This document shows, one piece after another, positions 8,069 through 18,397 of a DNA stretch of 64,000 nucleotides (its first letter is position 1; the number at the start of each line of letters is the position of its first letter). The stretch spans positions 2,193 to 66,192 of the forward strand of contig JAKOUY010000036.1 of NCBI GenBank assembly GCA_029782355.1, given 5' to 3'. Both the position numbers and the translations under genes were made by a program. Under the pieces are notes generated by a model. That model did no database searches and was not told the DNA's origin. It worked only from the letters and a program-made list of their open reading frames with translations. Source of the stretch: Actinomycetes bacterium (GTDB taxonomy: Bacteria; Actinomycetota; Acidimicrobiia; Acidimicrobiales; Ilumatobacteraceae).

Positions 8069-11000
8069 TCAGGTGCGGGCGATCTCCCGCTCCTCGAAGG
8101 TCTCGATGATGTCTCCCGGCTTGAGATCCTGGAAGTCGGACAGGCCGATGCCGCACTCGAAGCCCTCGCGGACCTCGCGGACGTCGTCCTTGAACCGGCG
8201 CAGCGATTGGATCGAGCCCTTCCAGATGATCGTGCCGTCGCGCAGGAAGCGGACCTTCGAGCCACGGGTGATCTGCCCGCTGAGCACGTAGCACCCGGCG
8301 ATGGCGCCGATCCGCGGCACCCGGAAGATCTCGCGGACCTCGGCCTCGCCGGTGATCACCTCTTCGAACTCGGGGGCGAGCATGCCGACCATGGCCCGCT
8401 CGATGTCCTCGAGCAGCTTGTAGATGATCTCGTACAGGCGGACCTCGACGTGCTCGGCCTCGGCCATCTCCCGGGCCTTGCGGTCCGGGCGGACGTTGAA
8501 CCCGATCAGCGTGGCATTGGTGGTGGCCGCCAGGCTGATGTCGTTCTCGGTGATCGACCCCACACCACGGTGGACGAACGCCAGCTTGACGTCGTCGCGC
8601 TCCAGGCGGCGCAGCGACTCGGTGACGGCCTCCAGCGAGCCCTGCACGTCGGCCTTCAGCACCAGGTTCAAGGTGGCGACCTCGCCGGCCTGGATCTGGC
8701 TGAAGATGTCCTCCAGCTTGACGCCCCGCTGGACGCGGGCATCGCCACGCTGAGCCTTGAGCCGCTGGCGCTGCTCACGGGCCTCGCCCACGGTGCGGGC
8801 GGTCTTCTCGTCGGCGGCGGCACGGAACTCGTCGCCGGCGTTCGGCACGCTCTGCAACCCGAGCACCTGCACCGGGGTCGACGGGCCGGCCTCCTTGATC
8901 TGCTGACCCTTGTCGTCGATCATCGCCCGGACCCGGCCCCACGCCGCGCCGGCCACGATCGGGTCGCCGACCTTCAGCGTGCCCTTGTCGACCAGAATCG
9001 TGGCCACCGGGCCGCGGCCGACGTCGAGGTTGGCCTCCAGGACGATGCCCTTGGCCCGCCCGGTGGGATTGGCGGTCAGCTCCTCCAGCTCGGCGACGAC
9101 GACGAGTTGGGCGAGCAGATCATCGACCCCGAGGTTCTGCTGGGCGGACATCTCCACGGTGATCGTGTCGCCACCCCACGACTCGGGCACCAGCTCCTGC
9201 TCGGAGAGCTGGGAGAGCACCCGCTGGACGTCGGCGTTGTCCTTGTCGATCTTGTTGATCGCCACGACGATGGGCACCTCGGCGGCGCGGGCGTGGTTGA
9301 TCGCCTCCACCGTCTGGGGCATCACGCCGTCGTCGGCGGCCACCATCAGCACGACGATGTCGGTCACCTGCGCGCCACGGGCGCGCATCTTGGTGAACGC
9401 CGCGTGACCCGGGGTGTCGATGAAGGTCACCTCGCCCTCCGGCGTGGCCACCTTGTAGGCGCCGATGTGCTGGGTGATGCCGCCGGCCTCGCCGGCCACC
9501 ACGTTGGCGTTGCGGATCCGGTCGAGCAGGGTGGTCTTGCCGTGGTCGACGTGACCCATCACGGTCACCACCGGCGCCCGAGGCACCTGCGAAGCCTCGT
9601 CCTCGTCGTCGCTGTCGTCGAACAACGCCTGCAGCTCGAGCTCCTCCTGCTGGCCGGGTTCGACCAACAGCAGGTCGGCGCCGATCTCCAGGGCGAAGAG
9701 CTCCATCTGCTCGTCGGAGAGGGTCATCGTGGCGGTGACCATCTCGCCGTTCTGCATCAGGAAGCGGATCACGTCGGCCGGGGTGCGGTTCAGCTTGGGA
9801 GCGAACTCCTGGCTGGACACCCCCCGCTCGACCACGATGGTGCCCTCCGGCACCGGGGCCGAGGAGGCGGTGTACGACGAGTTGTAGTTGGGCTGCAACT
9901 CGTCGAAGTCACGGCGACGACGAGCGCGGCTCTTCTTGCGCGGTGCCCGGCGCTGGCCGCTCGGGCGACCGCCGCCACCGCCTGGCGGGCCACCAGGCCC
10001 GCCGGGACGCGGGCCGAAGCCGCCACCGGGACGCGGGCCACCGGGGCCACCACCCGGACGCGGTCCGAAGCCACCGGGCCGCGGGCCGCCAGGACCGCCG
10101 GGCCGGCCGCCGACACCGGCGGGGCGCGGTCCGCCCGGACGCGGCGCGCCCGGACCACCGGGGCGGGCCGTGTAGCTGCCGGGTCGGGACTGCGGGCGAG
10201 CCGAACCGGGCGGCGGCGGGATCGGGCGACCGGATGCCGACAGCGGGCGACCCACGCCGGGCGGCGGCGGGATCGGGCGACCGGATGCCGACATCGGCCG
10301 GGGTCCGGGGGTCGGAGGCATGCCGGGCGGTGGGGCCGCCGGACGTACAGCGGGGCCGCCGGCTGCTGCCGGCGGGCGCGGCGCGGCGGACGGCGGCGGC
10401 CCGGACGGGCGCGGCGCGGCCGGACGGGGCGGCTCGGCGCTCGGCCGGCTGCTGACGATGCGTCGCGGCTCGTCGTCGGTCGGTGCCGTCGACGCCGACC
10501 CGGCGGGGGCCGGCATGTCGGCCGGGCTCGCCGCGGCCGGGGCCGCGCTCCGGGCGGGCGCGGCGGGGGCTGCGGTTCGGGCGGGCGCGGCGGGCGGAGC
10601 CGGGGGCGTCTCGGCCACCGGGGCCGGTGACGGGGCGGAACTCGGCGCCGGCGCGGGCTCGGGAGACGGGCTCGGCGGGGCGGCCACCTCGGGGACCGCC
10701 GCCGGAGCCGGGGTCGGCGGGGCGGCGGGCGGGGTCTCGACGGGCACCGCCGGGGCGGGGGCCGGGGACGCCTCGGTGACGGCATGCTCGGCGACCGGCG
10801 CACCCGGCACCTCGGCGTCGGCCGGCGCGGCGTCAGCGGTGGCCTTCTTCGGGGCGGCCTTCTTCGCCGCAGCCTTCTTGACCGGCTTGGGCTCCTCGGG
10901 CTGCTCCGGGCGGGTCAGGCCGTCGCGCTCGGCGCGGCGACGCAGCCGGTCGGCCTGGGCCTCGATCAGTGTCGAGGAATGGCTCTTCACGCCGACGCCC

Positions 11001-11071
11001 ATGCGGTCGGCCAGCTCCATCATTTCGGTGTTCGTCATGCCGAGCTCTTTGGCCAGCTCGTGCACGCGCAT
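8069..11071 (-). CDS. infB: Translation initiation factor IF-2
   Basis: ORF 8069..11275. Start set at ATG 11071 ([20 protein letters not shown], the canonical IF-2 N-terminus) with AAGGAAAGG upstream. Long Pro/Ala/Gly-rich linker. GTPase motifs [21 protein letters not shown]. Confidence 0.95.
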   Translation of the reverse strand: MRVHELAKELGMTNTEMMELADRMGVGVKSHSSTLIEAQADRLRRRAERDGLTRPEQPEEPKPVKKAAAKKAAPKKATADAAPADAEVPGAPVAEHAVTEASPAPAPAVPVETPPAAPPTPAPAAVPEVAAPPSPSPEPAPAPSSAPSPAPVAETPPAPPAAPARTAAPAAPARSAAPAAASPADMPAPAGSASTAPTDDEPRRIVSSRPSAEPPRPAAPRPSGPPPSAAPRPPAAAGGPAVRPAAPPPGMPPTPGPRPMSASGRPIPPPPGVGRPLSASGRPIPPPPGSARPQSRPGSYTARPGGPGAPRPGGPRPAGVGGRPGGPGGPRPGGFGPRPGGGPGGPRPGGGFGPRPGGPGGPPGGGGGRPSGQRRAPRKKSRARRRRDFDELQPNYNSSYTASSAPVPEGTIVVERGVSSQEFAPKLNRTPADVIRFLMQNGEMVTATMTLSDEQMELFALEIGADLLLVEPGQQEELELQALFDDSDDEDEASQVPRAPVVTVMGHVDHGKTTLLDRIRNANVVAGEAGGITQHIGAYKVATPEGEVTFIDTPGHAAFTKMRARGAQVTDIVVLMVAADDGVMPQTVEAINHARAAEVPIVVAINKIDKDNADVQRVLSQLSEQELVPESWGGDTITVEMSAQQNLGVDDLLAQLVVVAELEELTANPTGRAKGIVLEANLDVGRGPVATILVDKGTLKVGDPIVAGAAWGRVRAMIDDKGQQIKEAGPSTPVQVLGLQSVPNAGDEFRAAADEKTARTVGEAREQRQRLKAQRGDARVQRGVKLEDIFSQIQAGEVATLNLVLKADVQGSLEAVTESLRRLERDDVKLAFVHRGVGSITENDISLAATTNATLIGFNVRPDRKAREMAEAEHVEVRLYEIIYKLLEDIERAMVGMLAPEFEEVITGEAEVREIFRVPRIGAIAGCYVLSGQITRGSKVRFLRDGTIIWKGSIQSLRRFKDDVREVREGFECGIGLSDFQDLKPGDIIETFEEREIART

Positions 11072-11088
11072 GTTCTTCGCCAAGCCTG

Positions 11089-11424
11089 TCAGCCTTTCCT
11101 TGGCTCTGCTGGTCCGGGAACGGCGTCCCGGGCCGTTGATGATGTTCGCACGTCGGCGCCAACCGGTCCGAACGAGATGAGCAATCCGTCGAGCGCCCCG
11201 GCGTCGAGCGGACGCCGCCACGCCCGCTCGAAGGCCTTGCGCCGCCGGGCGGTGTCCAGGCACGCGGCCGAGCACAGCCAGGCCCCACGCCCGGGGGCGG
11301 TGCGGCTGACCTCGGCACCGGCGGGACCGACCACGCAGCGCACCAGGCGCGCCTGGACGTCGCGTCGCCGGCAGCCGATGCAGGTCCGCAGCGGTTGGCG
11401 GGGCTCACTCGCTCGGTGCGTCAC
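11089..11424 (-). CDS. ylxR: YlxR/RnpM family (DUF448) RNA-binding protein
   Basis: ORF 11089..11424. It has the RTCIGCR motif and sits between nusA and infB. The exact start is uncertain because it overlaps the nusA end. Confidence 0.75.
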   Translation of the reverse strand: MTHRASEPRQPLRTCIGCRRRDVQARLVRCVVGPAGAEVSRTAPGRGAWLCSAACLDTARRRKAFERAWRRPLDAGALDGLLISFGPVGADVRTSSTARDAVPGPAEPRKG

Positions 11425-12562
11425 CGGCCTCCGTCGTCGCCGGGGCCGCCACGGCGGTCTCGGCCTGTTGGTTCCACTCGGCCTGGGTCAGCACCGTGCC
11501 GTCGGCGGCGTGCCACTCCATCTCGCCGGTCTCGGCGTTGGCCACCCACTCGCCCTCTTCGTAGTCGGCGTCGTCCTCGTAGACCTCGACCGGCTGGGTC
11601 TCGCCGCGGATGTCGATGCGCACGCCGGTCAACCGGGCGGCCAGCCGGGCGTTCTGGCCCTCCTTGCCGATGGCCAGGCTGAGCTGGTGGTCGGGGACGA
11701 TCACGTCGGCCTGGCTCAGGTCATCGGCGATGATCACCTCTTTGACCTTGGCCGGCGACAGGGCCTTGGCGACGAAGTCGGCCAGGTCCTCGCTGAACGG
11801 GACGATGTCGATCTTCTCGCCGCGCAGCTCGTTGACGACCATCCGAACCCGGCCGCCACGTGCCCCGACGCACGCCCCGACCGGATCGACGTTGTGGTCG
11901 TTGCTCCAGACGGCGATCTTCGTGCGATGACCTGGCTCCCGGGCGCAGGCCTTGATCTCCACGATGCCGTCGGCGATCTCCGGCACCTCCAGCTCGAACA
12001 GCCGCTTGATCAGTCCCGGATGGGTCCTGCTGACCACGATCTGGGGGCCCTTGGCGGTCTTGCGGACCTCGACGATGTAGGCCTTGACCCGGTCGCCGGT
12101 GGACGGGCGCTCGTGGGGCACCTGCTCGGCCTTGGGCATCAGCGCCTCGACCCGACCGAGATCGATCAGGGTGTAGCGCTCGTCGCTCTGCTGGATGATG
12201 CCGGTGACGATGTCGCCCTCGCGGTTGGCGTACTCCTCGAACTTGCGGTCGCGCTCGGCCTCGCGGATCCGCTGGCTCATCACCTGGCGGAAGGTCTGGG
12301 CGGCGATCCGGCCCAGTTCGTCCTTCTTCGGCGTGTCGTCGCGCTCGTTGATCCAGTTGCCGTCCTCGTCGACGTCGTAGGCGATGAACGTGAACTCCAT
12401 GGTGTCCGGGTTGACCTCGACGACGACCTCCTCGGCCGCACCGGGACGTCGCTTGTAGGCGGTCGCCAGGGCGTCGACGAGCACGTGCAGCAGGGTGTCG
12501 ACGGAGATGTTCTTCTCCATCGCCAGCATGCGGATCGCTTCGGACATGTCAAGGCTGCTCAT
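11405..12562 (-). CDS. nusA: Transcription termination/antitermination factor NusA
   Basis: In ORF 11405..13126 from ATG 12562 ([25 protein letters not shown]). It has S1 and KH regions (GDIVTGIIQQ.., GACVGARGGRV, AIGKEGQNARLA). The ATGA overlaps the rimP stop. Confidence 0.95.
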   Translation of the reverse strand: MSSLDMSEAIRMLAMEKNISVDTLLHVLVDALATAYKRRPGAAEEVVVEVNPDTMEFTFIAYDVDEDGNWINERDDTPKKDELGRIAAQTFRQVMSQRIREAERDRKFEEYANREGDIVTGIIQQSDERYTLIDLGRVEALMPKAEQVPHERPSTGDRVKAYIVEVRKTAKGPQIVVSRTHPGLIKRLFELEVPEIADGIVEIKACAREPGHRTKIAVWSNDHNVDPVGACVGARGGRVRMVVNELRGEKIDIVPFSEDLADFVAKALSPAKVKEVIIADDLSQADVIVPDHQLSLAIGKEGQNARLAARLTGVRIDIRGETQPVEVYEDDADYEEGEWVANAETGEMEWHAADGTVLTQAEWNQQAETAVAAPATTEAGDAPSE

Positions 12563-13104
12563 CAGGCCCCTTTCACGGCGGCGGGCTTGGGCGCCTTCGG
12601 CCCCTTGCCCGGCTTGGGCGCCGGCCCCCAGGCGAACACGGTGCGGGCGCGGTCGATGTGGTCGTAGGACAGAGTGCGCTCCTCGCCGGCGGCAGCAGCC
12701 GGCTCGGTGAGGCGCACGGTGACGGTGGCGTCGTCGGCGGCCAGCAGGTCGCCCTGCAGGCGGCGCTGGTCGTTGACGACGTCGCGCAGGCGGATCGCCA
12801 CCGTCTTGCCGATCTCCCGGCGGTAGTGCGCCGGGGTCCGCAGCGCCCGTTCCAGTCCCGGGCTGGACACCTCCAGCGTGTAGCGCCCCGGGAGCGGGTC
12901 GGCCGCGTCGAGCTCCTTGCCGATCAGCCGGCTGGCCAGCGACAGGGTGTCCAGGCTGACCCCACCGGCGCTGCCCGCCGGCGTGTCCAGCGTGACCCGC
13001 AGGACGCCGCCGTGCATCTCCACGTCGTACAGGTCCAAGCGGAGGTCGGCGGCGATCGGGGCGACGAGGCGGGTGACCGTGCTGACGAGTGCGGATTCGG
13101 TCAT
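12562..13104 (-). CDS. rimP: Ribosome maturation factor RimP
   Basis: ORF 12562..13173. ATG 13104 ([14 protein letters not shown]..) is preceded by GGGAGGTG. The [12 protein letters not shown] motif is present. Confidence 0.85.
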   Translation of the reverse strand: MTESALVSTVTRLVAPIAADLRLDLYDVEMHGGVLRVTLDTPAGSAGGVSLDTLSLASRLIGKELDAADPLPGRYTLEVSSPGLERALRTPAHYRREIGKTVAIRLRDVVNDQRRLQGDLLAADDATVTVRLTEPAAAAGEERTLSYDHIDRARTVFAWGPAPKPGKGPKAPKPAAVKGA

Positions 13105-13134
13105 GGCGGTCACCTCCCGGGGCCATTCATTGAA

Positions 13135-13166
13135 GAAGGCGTGGACCCTGACGAGTCCACGCCTTC
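13135..13166 (-). promoter_or_regulatory. Perfect 12-bp hairpin in the rimP-nusA-infB leader (possible attenuator/terminator)
   Basis: GAAGGCGTGGAC-N8-GTCCACGCCTTC. On the minus-strand transcript it is followed by UUCAAUGAAU and lies about 30 nt upstream of the rimP ATG. Confidence 0.4.
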
Positions 13167-13249
13167 GGTTCATGGAACTTCAAAGGACCCCGGGAGTGTA
13201 CCAGCGGGGACCACGGGTGACGACCGGCCCGGCCAGTAACCTGCCCTCC

Positions 13250-15016
13250 GTGCTGCGCCTCTCCACCCTGTTCGTGCGGACCCTGCGTGAGGATCCGGCC
13301 GATGCCGAGGTGGCCAGCCACCGCCTGCTGGTGCGTGCCGGGTACATCCGCCGGGCGGCACCGGGGGGGTTCAGCTTCCTGCCGCTCGGATGGTCGGTGT
13401 ACCGCAACGTCGAGCGGGTGGTCCGCGAGGAGATGGACCGCGCCGGCTTCCAGGAGGTCCACTTCCCGGCGCTGCTCCCCCGCGAGCCCTACGAGCAGAC
13501 CGGACGGTGGACGGAGTACGGCGACGGCATGTTCCGGCTCAAGGACCGTCGGGACAACGACCTGCTGTTGGCCCCGACCCACGAGGAGATGTTCACCCTG
13601 CTGGTCAAGGACCTGTACAGCAGCTACCGGGACCTGCCGCTGTCGATCTACCAGATCCAGACGAAGTACCGCGACGAGCCCCGGCCGCGCGCCGGGCTGC
13701 TGCGAACCCGCGAGTTCGTGATGAAGGACTCCTACAGCTTCGACGTCGACGACGCTGGCCTGCAGGCCAGCTACGACCGTCACCGGGTGGCTTACCAACG
13801 GACCTTCGAGCGTCTCGGCCTCCCCTACGTCATCGTCTCGGCCATGAGCGGGGCCATGGGCGGGTCGGCCAGCGAGGAGTTCCTCGCTCCCCTGCCCGCC
13901 GGGGAGGACACCTTCGTGCGCTGCCCGTCGTGTGGCTACGCGGCCAACACCGAGGCCGTGCAGGCCCGCCCGCCCGATCCCCGGCCGGTGGACGGGCTGC
14001 CCGAGGCGGTGGTCTCCGACACGCCGGGCACGCCCACGATCCAGACCCTCGTCGACCTGTTCAACGGGCGCGACGACCTCCGCCGCCCGGACCGCTCGTG
14101 GACCGCCGCCGACACCCTGAAGAACCTGGTGGTCACGCTCCGGTACCCGGACGGGCGCAACGAGCCGCTGGCCATCGGGGTACCCGGCGACCGCGAGGTC
14201 GATCTCAAGCGGGTCGAGGCCCAGGTCGCCCCGGCCGAGATCGAGCCGTTCAGCGACGCCGACTTCGCCGCCAACCCGGCGCTGGCCAAGGGATACATCG
14301 GTCCCGGCGCGCTGGGCCTCGAGCGCGCCAGCGCGATCCGGTACCTGCTCGACCCACGCATCGTCACCGGCACGGCCTGGATCACCGGCGCCGACCAACC
14401 CGGCCGGCACGTCCACGGCCTGGTCATGGGCCGGGACTTCACCGGCGACGGCGTCATCGAGGCCGCCGAGATCCGCGACGGCGACCCGTGCCCGACGTGC
14501 GGGTCGCCGATGGAGATCGCCCGGGGCATCGAGATCGGGCACATCTTCCAGCTCGGCCGGCGCTACGCCCAGGCCCTCGGCCTGACCGTGCTCGACCAGA
14601 ACGGCGCGACCCAGGTGGTCACCATGGGCTCCTACGGAATCGGCGTCACCCGGCTGGTGGCGGCCGTGGCCGAGCTGAACTGCGACGGGCGCGGCCTGGT
14701 CTGGCCCCACGAGGTGGCCCCCGCCGACGTGCACATCGTGGCCACCGGCAAGCCCGGCGATCCGCAACTCCCCGCCGCCGAGCAGCTCGCCGCCGACTGC
14801 GAGGCAGCCGGGCTACGCGTCCTGCTCGACGACCGGGTCGGGGTGTCCCCGGGCGTCAAGTTCAACGACGCCGAACTGCTCGGCATGCCGACCATCGTCG
14901 TCGTCGGCCGCGGCCTGGCCGACGGCGTGGTCGAGGTCAAGGACCGCCGCACCGGGGAACGCACCGACGTCCCCCTGGCCGACGCCGTCGCCCACCTCTC
15001 GGCCCCCCGCACCTGA
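13250..15016 (+). CDS. proS: Proline--tRNA ligase
   Basis: In ORF 12917..15016. GTG 13250 gives [35 protein letters not shown], the canonical bacterial ProRS N-terminus. ATG 13172 is an alternative start. Class II motifs and an insertion domain are present. Confidence 0.9.
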   Translation: MLRLSTLFVRTLREDPADAEVASHRLLVRAGYIRRAAPGGFSFLPLGWSVYRNVERVVREEMDRAGFQEVHFPALLPREPYEQTGRWTEYGDGMFRLKDRRDNDLLLAPTHEEMFTLLVKDLYSSYRDLPLSIYQIQTKYRDEPRPRAGLLRTREFVMKDSYSFDVDDAGLQASYDRHRVAYQRTFERLGLPYVIVSAMSGAMGGSASEEFLAPLPAGEDTFVRCPSCGYAANTEAVQARPPDPRPVDGLPEAVVSDTPGTPTIQTLVDLFNGRDDLRRPDRSWTAADTLKNLVVTLRYPDGRNEPLAIGVPGDREVDLKRVEAQVAPAEIEPFSDADFAANPALAKGYIGPGALGLERASAIRYLLDPRIVTGTAWITGADQPGRHVHGLVMGRDFTGDGVIEAAEIRDGDPCPTCGSPMEIARGIEIGHIFQLGRRYAQALGLTVLDQNGATQVVTMGSYGIGVTRLVAAVAELNCDGRGLVWPHEVAPADVHIVATGKPGDPQLPAAEQLAADCEAAGLRVLLDDRVGVSPGVKFNDAELLGMPTIVVVGRGLADGVVEVKDRRTGERTDVPLADAVAHLSAPRT

Positions 15017-15271
15017 CCGGGCTCGCCGGCCCCCTCACCGGCCCCCTCCCCCCCAACCCCCTCCCGGCACCTGGTCGGGCTCGCCGGTGCCCTCACCGGC
15101 CCCCTCCCGCCGTTCGTGTCGTGACAAGAACGCGACGTCGGCAACTTGTCACGACAAGAACGAGCCGGGGGGCGGCCGGGGGAACCTGGGCGGGGCGGGG
15201 GCGGGGGCGGGGGGAACCTGGGCGGGGGCGTGGGTTCGGGTTGGGGGCGGGGGCGTTGGTAGAACAGGCGC
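15010..15271. repeat. Structured intergenic element: C-tract direct repeats, a 12-bp perfect inverted repeat, and G-tract direct repeats
   Basis: A ~41-bp direct repeat occurs at 15010..15050 and 15068..15108 (cacctgRYcgggctcgccggYSccctcaccggccccctccc). The inverted repeat is TGTCGTGACAAG (15117..15128) / CTTGTCACGACA (15145..15156), around a spacer containing CGACGTCG. GGGGAACCTGGGCGGGG occurs twice (about 15178 and 15211), embedded in G-runs. Confidence 0.7.
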
Positions 15272-16117
15272 ATGCCGTTGAACCCGCACGCCGTCGGAAC
15301 CACCACCGAGCCCTCCCCCGCATCGTGGACCAGCACGGACGCCCTGCTGTACGCCGTCGGCATCGGCGGGACGACCGACGAGTTGGCCTACACCACGGAG
15401 AACACCAGCGGGGTCGACCAGCAGGTCTACCCGACGTTCCCGGTGGTGGTCAGCACCGGGAACGCCCAGGCCTTCGCCAACATCGGCACGTTCAACCCGG
15501 CGATGCTGGTCCACGGATCGCAGGCCGTCACCCTGTACAAGCCGCTGCCGGTGAACGGTCGCGTCCACGTGACCACCACGATCGCCAACATGTGGGACAA
15601 GGGCAAGGCCGGGGTGGTGGTCCTGGAGAACTCGGCCACCGACGACGCCGACGGCGAGCTGCTCTACACCACGACGATGTCGGCCTTCATCCGCGGCGAG
15701 GGTGGCTGGGGCGGCGAGCGGGGACCGAGCGGGCCGCAGAACGTGCCACCGGACCGCGCCGCTGACGAGACGGTGACGTACCAGACGTCACCGAACCAGG
15801 CCCTGACCTACCGGCTGTCCGGCGACCGAAACCCGCTGCACAGCGACCCGAGCTTCGCCGCCATGGGCGGCTTCCCGACGCCGATCCTCCACGGGCTGTG
15901 CACCTACGGGTTCACCGGCCGAGCACTGCTGCACCGCCTCTGCGGCGGCCAGTCGGCCAACTTCCGGCACATGGAAGGTCGCTTCGCCAGCCCGGTGATC
16001 CCCGGCGAGGAGCTGACCGTGCGGATCTGGCGCACCGGCGACGGGGAGGCGGTCTTCACCACCTCCGTCGGCGACCGAGTCGTGATCGACCAGGGCCTCT
16101 GCCGCTACTCGAGCTGA
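15272..16117 (+). CDS. MaoC-like (R)-specific enoyl-CoA hydratase, double hot-dog
   Basis: ORF 15272..16117. It has the YRLSGDRNPLHSDP hydratase-2 motif and an N-terminal degenerate hot-dog half. Confidence 0.85.
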   Translation: MPLNPHAVGTTTEPSPASWTSTDALLYAVGIGGTTDELAYTTENTSGVDQQVYPTFPVVVSTGNAQAFANIGTFNPAMLVHGSQAVTLYKPLPVNGRVHVTTTIANMWDKGKAGVVVLENSATDDADGELLYTTTMSAFIRGEGGWGGERGPSGPQNVPPDRAADETVTYQTSPNQALTYRLSGDRNPLHSDPSFAAMGGFPTPILHGLCTYGFTGRALLHRLCGGQSANFRHMEGRFASPVIPGEELTVRIWRTGDGEAVFTTSVGDRVVIDQGLCRYSS

Positions 16118-16136
16118 CCTCCCCGTCAGCCGCCCG

Positions 16137-17054
16137 TCACGTCGGTTGCGGCCAGCTGCCCGGACGGCCATCCATGCCACTGTTGCGCCGGGCCCCGGCC
16201 AGCAGGTCGGCCACGATCGGGCCCAGCTGGGTGGGGTCGTCCACCGGAGCGTGCTGCGGGCCGCGCACCCAGCCCTCGGCGACGGCCAGCACCTGACCGC
16301 TGGCCTCGAACACCCGCCCGGTGACGCCCGCCGACTGGTCGCTGGCCAGCCAGGTGACGATCGGGGCGATCCAGCGCGGCGAGCGGGCCTCGCGTTCCTC
16401 GTCGGTCTCCGGCGCCGGGCCGAGGCCCTCGGTCATGCGGGTCAGGGCCACCGGTCCGACCGCGTTGACCGTCACGCCATAGCGCGACAGCTCCATCGCG
16501 GCGATGTTGGTGAACGCGGCGATGCCGGCCTTGGCCGCGCCGTAGTTGGTCTGCCCGGGGTTGCCGTAGATGCCGCTGACCGAGGTGGTGTTGATGATCC
16601 GCCCGCTGACCGGCTGACCGGCCTTCGACCGCTCCCGCCAGTACGCCGCCGCCCACCGGCTCGGCGCGAACGTCCCCTTGAGGTGGACGTTGATCACCGC
16701 GTCCCACTCCTCCTCGGTCATGTTGACCAGCACCCGATCGCGCAGGATGCCGGCGTTGTTGACCAGCACGTGGAGGTCACCAAAGGTCTCCACGGCCGCG
16801 TTGATCAGCCGCTGGGCGCCTTCCCACGAGGCGACGTTGTCGCCGTTGGCGATGGCCTGCCCGCCCATCGCCTCGATCTCGGTGACCACCTGCTGCGCCG
16901 GGCTGACGTCACCGCCGCTGCCGTCGACGTTGCCGCCGAGGTCGTTGACCACGACCTTGGCGCCGTGGCTGGCCAGCATCAGGGCGTGCTCCCGGCCGAT
17001 GCCGCGCCCGGCTCCGGTGACGATGGCGATGCGTCCGTCGCAAAGTGTGCTCAT
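16137..17054 (-). CDS. SDR family oxidoreductase (MFE-2 / Rv0148-like hydroxyacyl-CoA dehydrogenase type)
   Basis: ORF 16137..17054. Motifs: TGAGRGIGRE (cofactor binding), NNAG, YGAAK (catalytic). Confidence 0.85.
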   Translation of the reverse strand: MSTLCDGRIAIVTGAGRGIGREHALMLASHGAKVVVNDLGGNVDGSGGDVSPAQQVVTEIEAMGGQAIANGDNVASWEGAQRLINAAVETFGDLHVLVNNAGILRDRVLVNMTEEEWDAVINVHLKGTFAPSRWAAAYWRERSKAGQPVSGRIINTTSVSGIYGNPGQTNYGAAKAGIAAFTNIAAMELSRYGVTVNAVGPVALTRMTEGLGPAPETDEEREARSPRWIAPIVTWLASDQSAGVTGRVFEASGQVLAVAEGWVRGPQHAPVDDPTQLGPIVADLLAGARRNSGMDGRPGSWPQPT

Positions 17055-17128
17055 GGCACCGAGTGTAGGAACCGACCGCCCCCGCCGGCGTGCTCGGCAG
17101 GGTGTGCCGGACGTCGTATCGTCGTGGC

Positions 17129-17881
17129 ATGCGGGACGAACATCTGGACCTCACCTCACCGACCCGGCGGCAGCTCTTCGTCGGCGGCACCCTCGCCGCG
17201 GCGGCGTTGGCCAGCGGCGCGCTGACGGCCGAGGCCGCCGCACCGCGGCCGGCGGTCACCGTCGACCCGGTCACGATCCGGCCCGGTCTGCGGGTGTTCC
17301 CGCGGGCCGCATGGGGTGCCGACCTCAAGCCGAAGGGCGCGCTGTACCCGGAGACGCCCAAGTTCCTCCTGGTCCACCACACCGGAGGGCTGAGCACCTC
17401 ACGCACGACACGCAACCACCTGCGCGTCGCCTACTGGTGGCACACCAGCCAGCACAAGCGGTGGGCCGACGTCTGCTACCAGTTCTTCGTGGGGCGCGAC
17501 GGTGACGTGTGGGAGGCCCGCCAGGGCTCGTTGGCCGGCCCGGTGCGAGCCGATGCCTCGGGCGGCAGTCAGGGCTGGGCCCAGCTGGTCTGCCTGACCG
17601 GGAACTTCAATCGGGAACGGCCGACGCCCGGGCACCTCGACGGGTTGGTCAAGATCCTCGCCCACATCGGTCTGCGCGACGGGCTCGACCTCGATCCCGG
17701 CGCCACCACCAGCTTCGTGTCCCGCGGCTCGAACCGGTGGCCACGGGGGACCACCGTGCGCACACCGATGATCAACGGACACCGCAGCATGTCCCGCACG
17801 GTGTGCCCCGGTGACAGCCTCTGGGCGATGCTCCCGACCATCCGCCAGCGCGTCGCCGAACAGGCGGCGGCCTGGAGCTGA
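17129..17881 (+). CDS. Secreted N-acetylmuramoyl-L-alanine amidase domain protein (Amidase_2/PGRP-like) with a Tat-type signal
   Basis: ORF 17090..17881, ATG 17129 preferred. SPTRRQLFVGGTLAAAALA looks like a twin-arginine signal. LVHHTG.. and NGHRSMS..TVCPG resemble amidase_2. Confidence 0.7.
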   Translation: MRDEHLDLTSPTRRQLFVGGTLAAAALASGALTAEAAAPRPAVTVDPVTIRPGLRVFPRAAWGADLKPKGALYPETPKFLLVHHTGGLSTSRTTRNHLRVAYWWHTSQHKRWADVCYQFFVGRDGDVWEARQGSLAGPVRADASGGSQGWAQLVCLTGNFNRERPTPGHLDGLVKILAHIGLRDGLDLDPGATTSFVSRGSNRWPRGTTVRTPMINGHRSMSRTVCPGDSLWAMLPTIRQRVAEQAAAWS

Positions 17882-17937
17882 CCGCTCACGACGCCGCCGG
17901 CCGGGAGCTGGTCGACCACGTCGACGCCGCCAACCGG

Positions 17938-18396
17938 GTGATCGGGACGGTGACCCGAGCGGAGATGCGCCGGCGAAACCTGGCCCACCGCAGCGTCGGG
18001 GTCGTGGTGATCGATGGTCGAGGCCAGGTGCTGATCCACCGGCGCTCCGACGACAAGGACGTCTGGCCCGGCCGGTGGGACCTGGCCGCCGGCGGGGTGC
18101 TGTCCACGGGCGAGACCTCCGAGTCGGCCGCCCGGCGTGAGCTGTCCGAGGAACTGGGCATCGAACCCGTCGAGCTGCGCCACCTGACCGACGGCCACTT
18201 CACCGACGACCTGGTCACGACCTTCGCCACCATCTTCGTCACCACCTGGGATGGGCCGGTCCGCTTCCGCGACGGCGAGGTCGCCGAGGCGGTGTGGGTC
18301 ACCGCCGCCGGCCTGCGCGCCCGCCTGGCCACCGACCGGTTCGTGCCCGACAGCGTGGCGCTGATCTCCCCGTACCTCGATCGGCTGGCGCAGTAG
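17938..18396 (+). CDS. NUDIX hydrolase (Idi-like subgroup)
   Basis: ORF 17938..18396. The Nudix box is GGVLSTGETSESAARRELSEELGI. The N-terminus probably extends upstream (..ELVDHVDAANRV is in frame), but only a CTG (17878) is available as a start. Confidence 0.75.
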   Translation: MIGTVTRAEMRRRNLAHRSVGVVVIDGRGQVLIHRRSDDKDVWPGRWDLAAGGVLSTGETSESAARRELSEELGIEPVELRHLTDGHFTDDLVTTFATIFVTTWDGPVRFRDGEVAEAVWVTAAGLRARLATDRFVPDSVALISPYLDRLAQ

Positions 18397-18397
18397 G

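Noticed and set aside
10208-10293. 35-bp direct repeat (10208..10242 and 10259..10293) inside infB.
   Set aside because: It encodes the duplicated peptide [12 protein letters not shown] within the low-complexity Pro/Gly-rich IF-2 linker. This is ordinary linker expansion, not a separate element.
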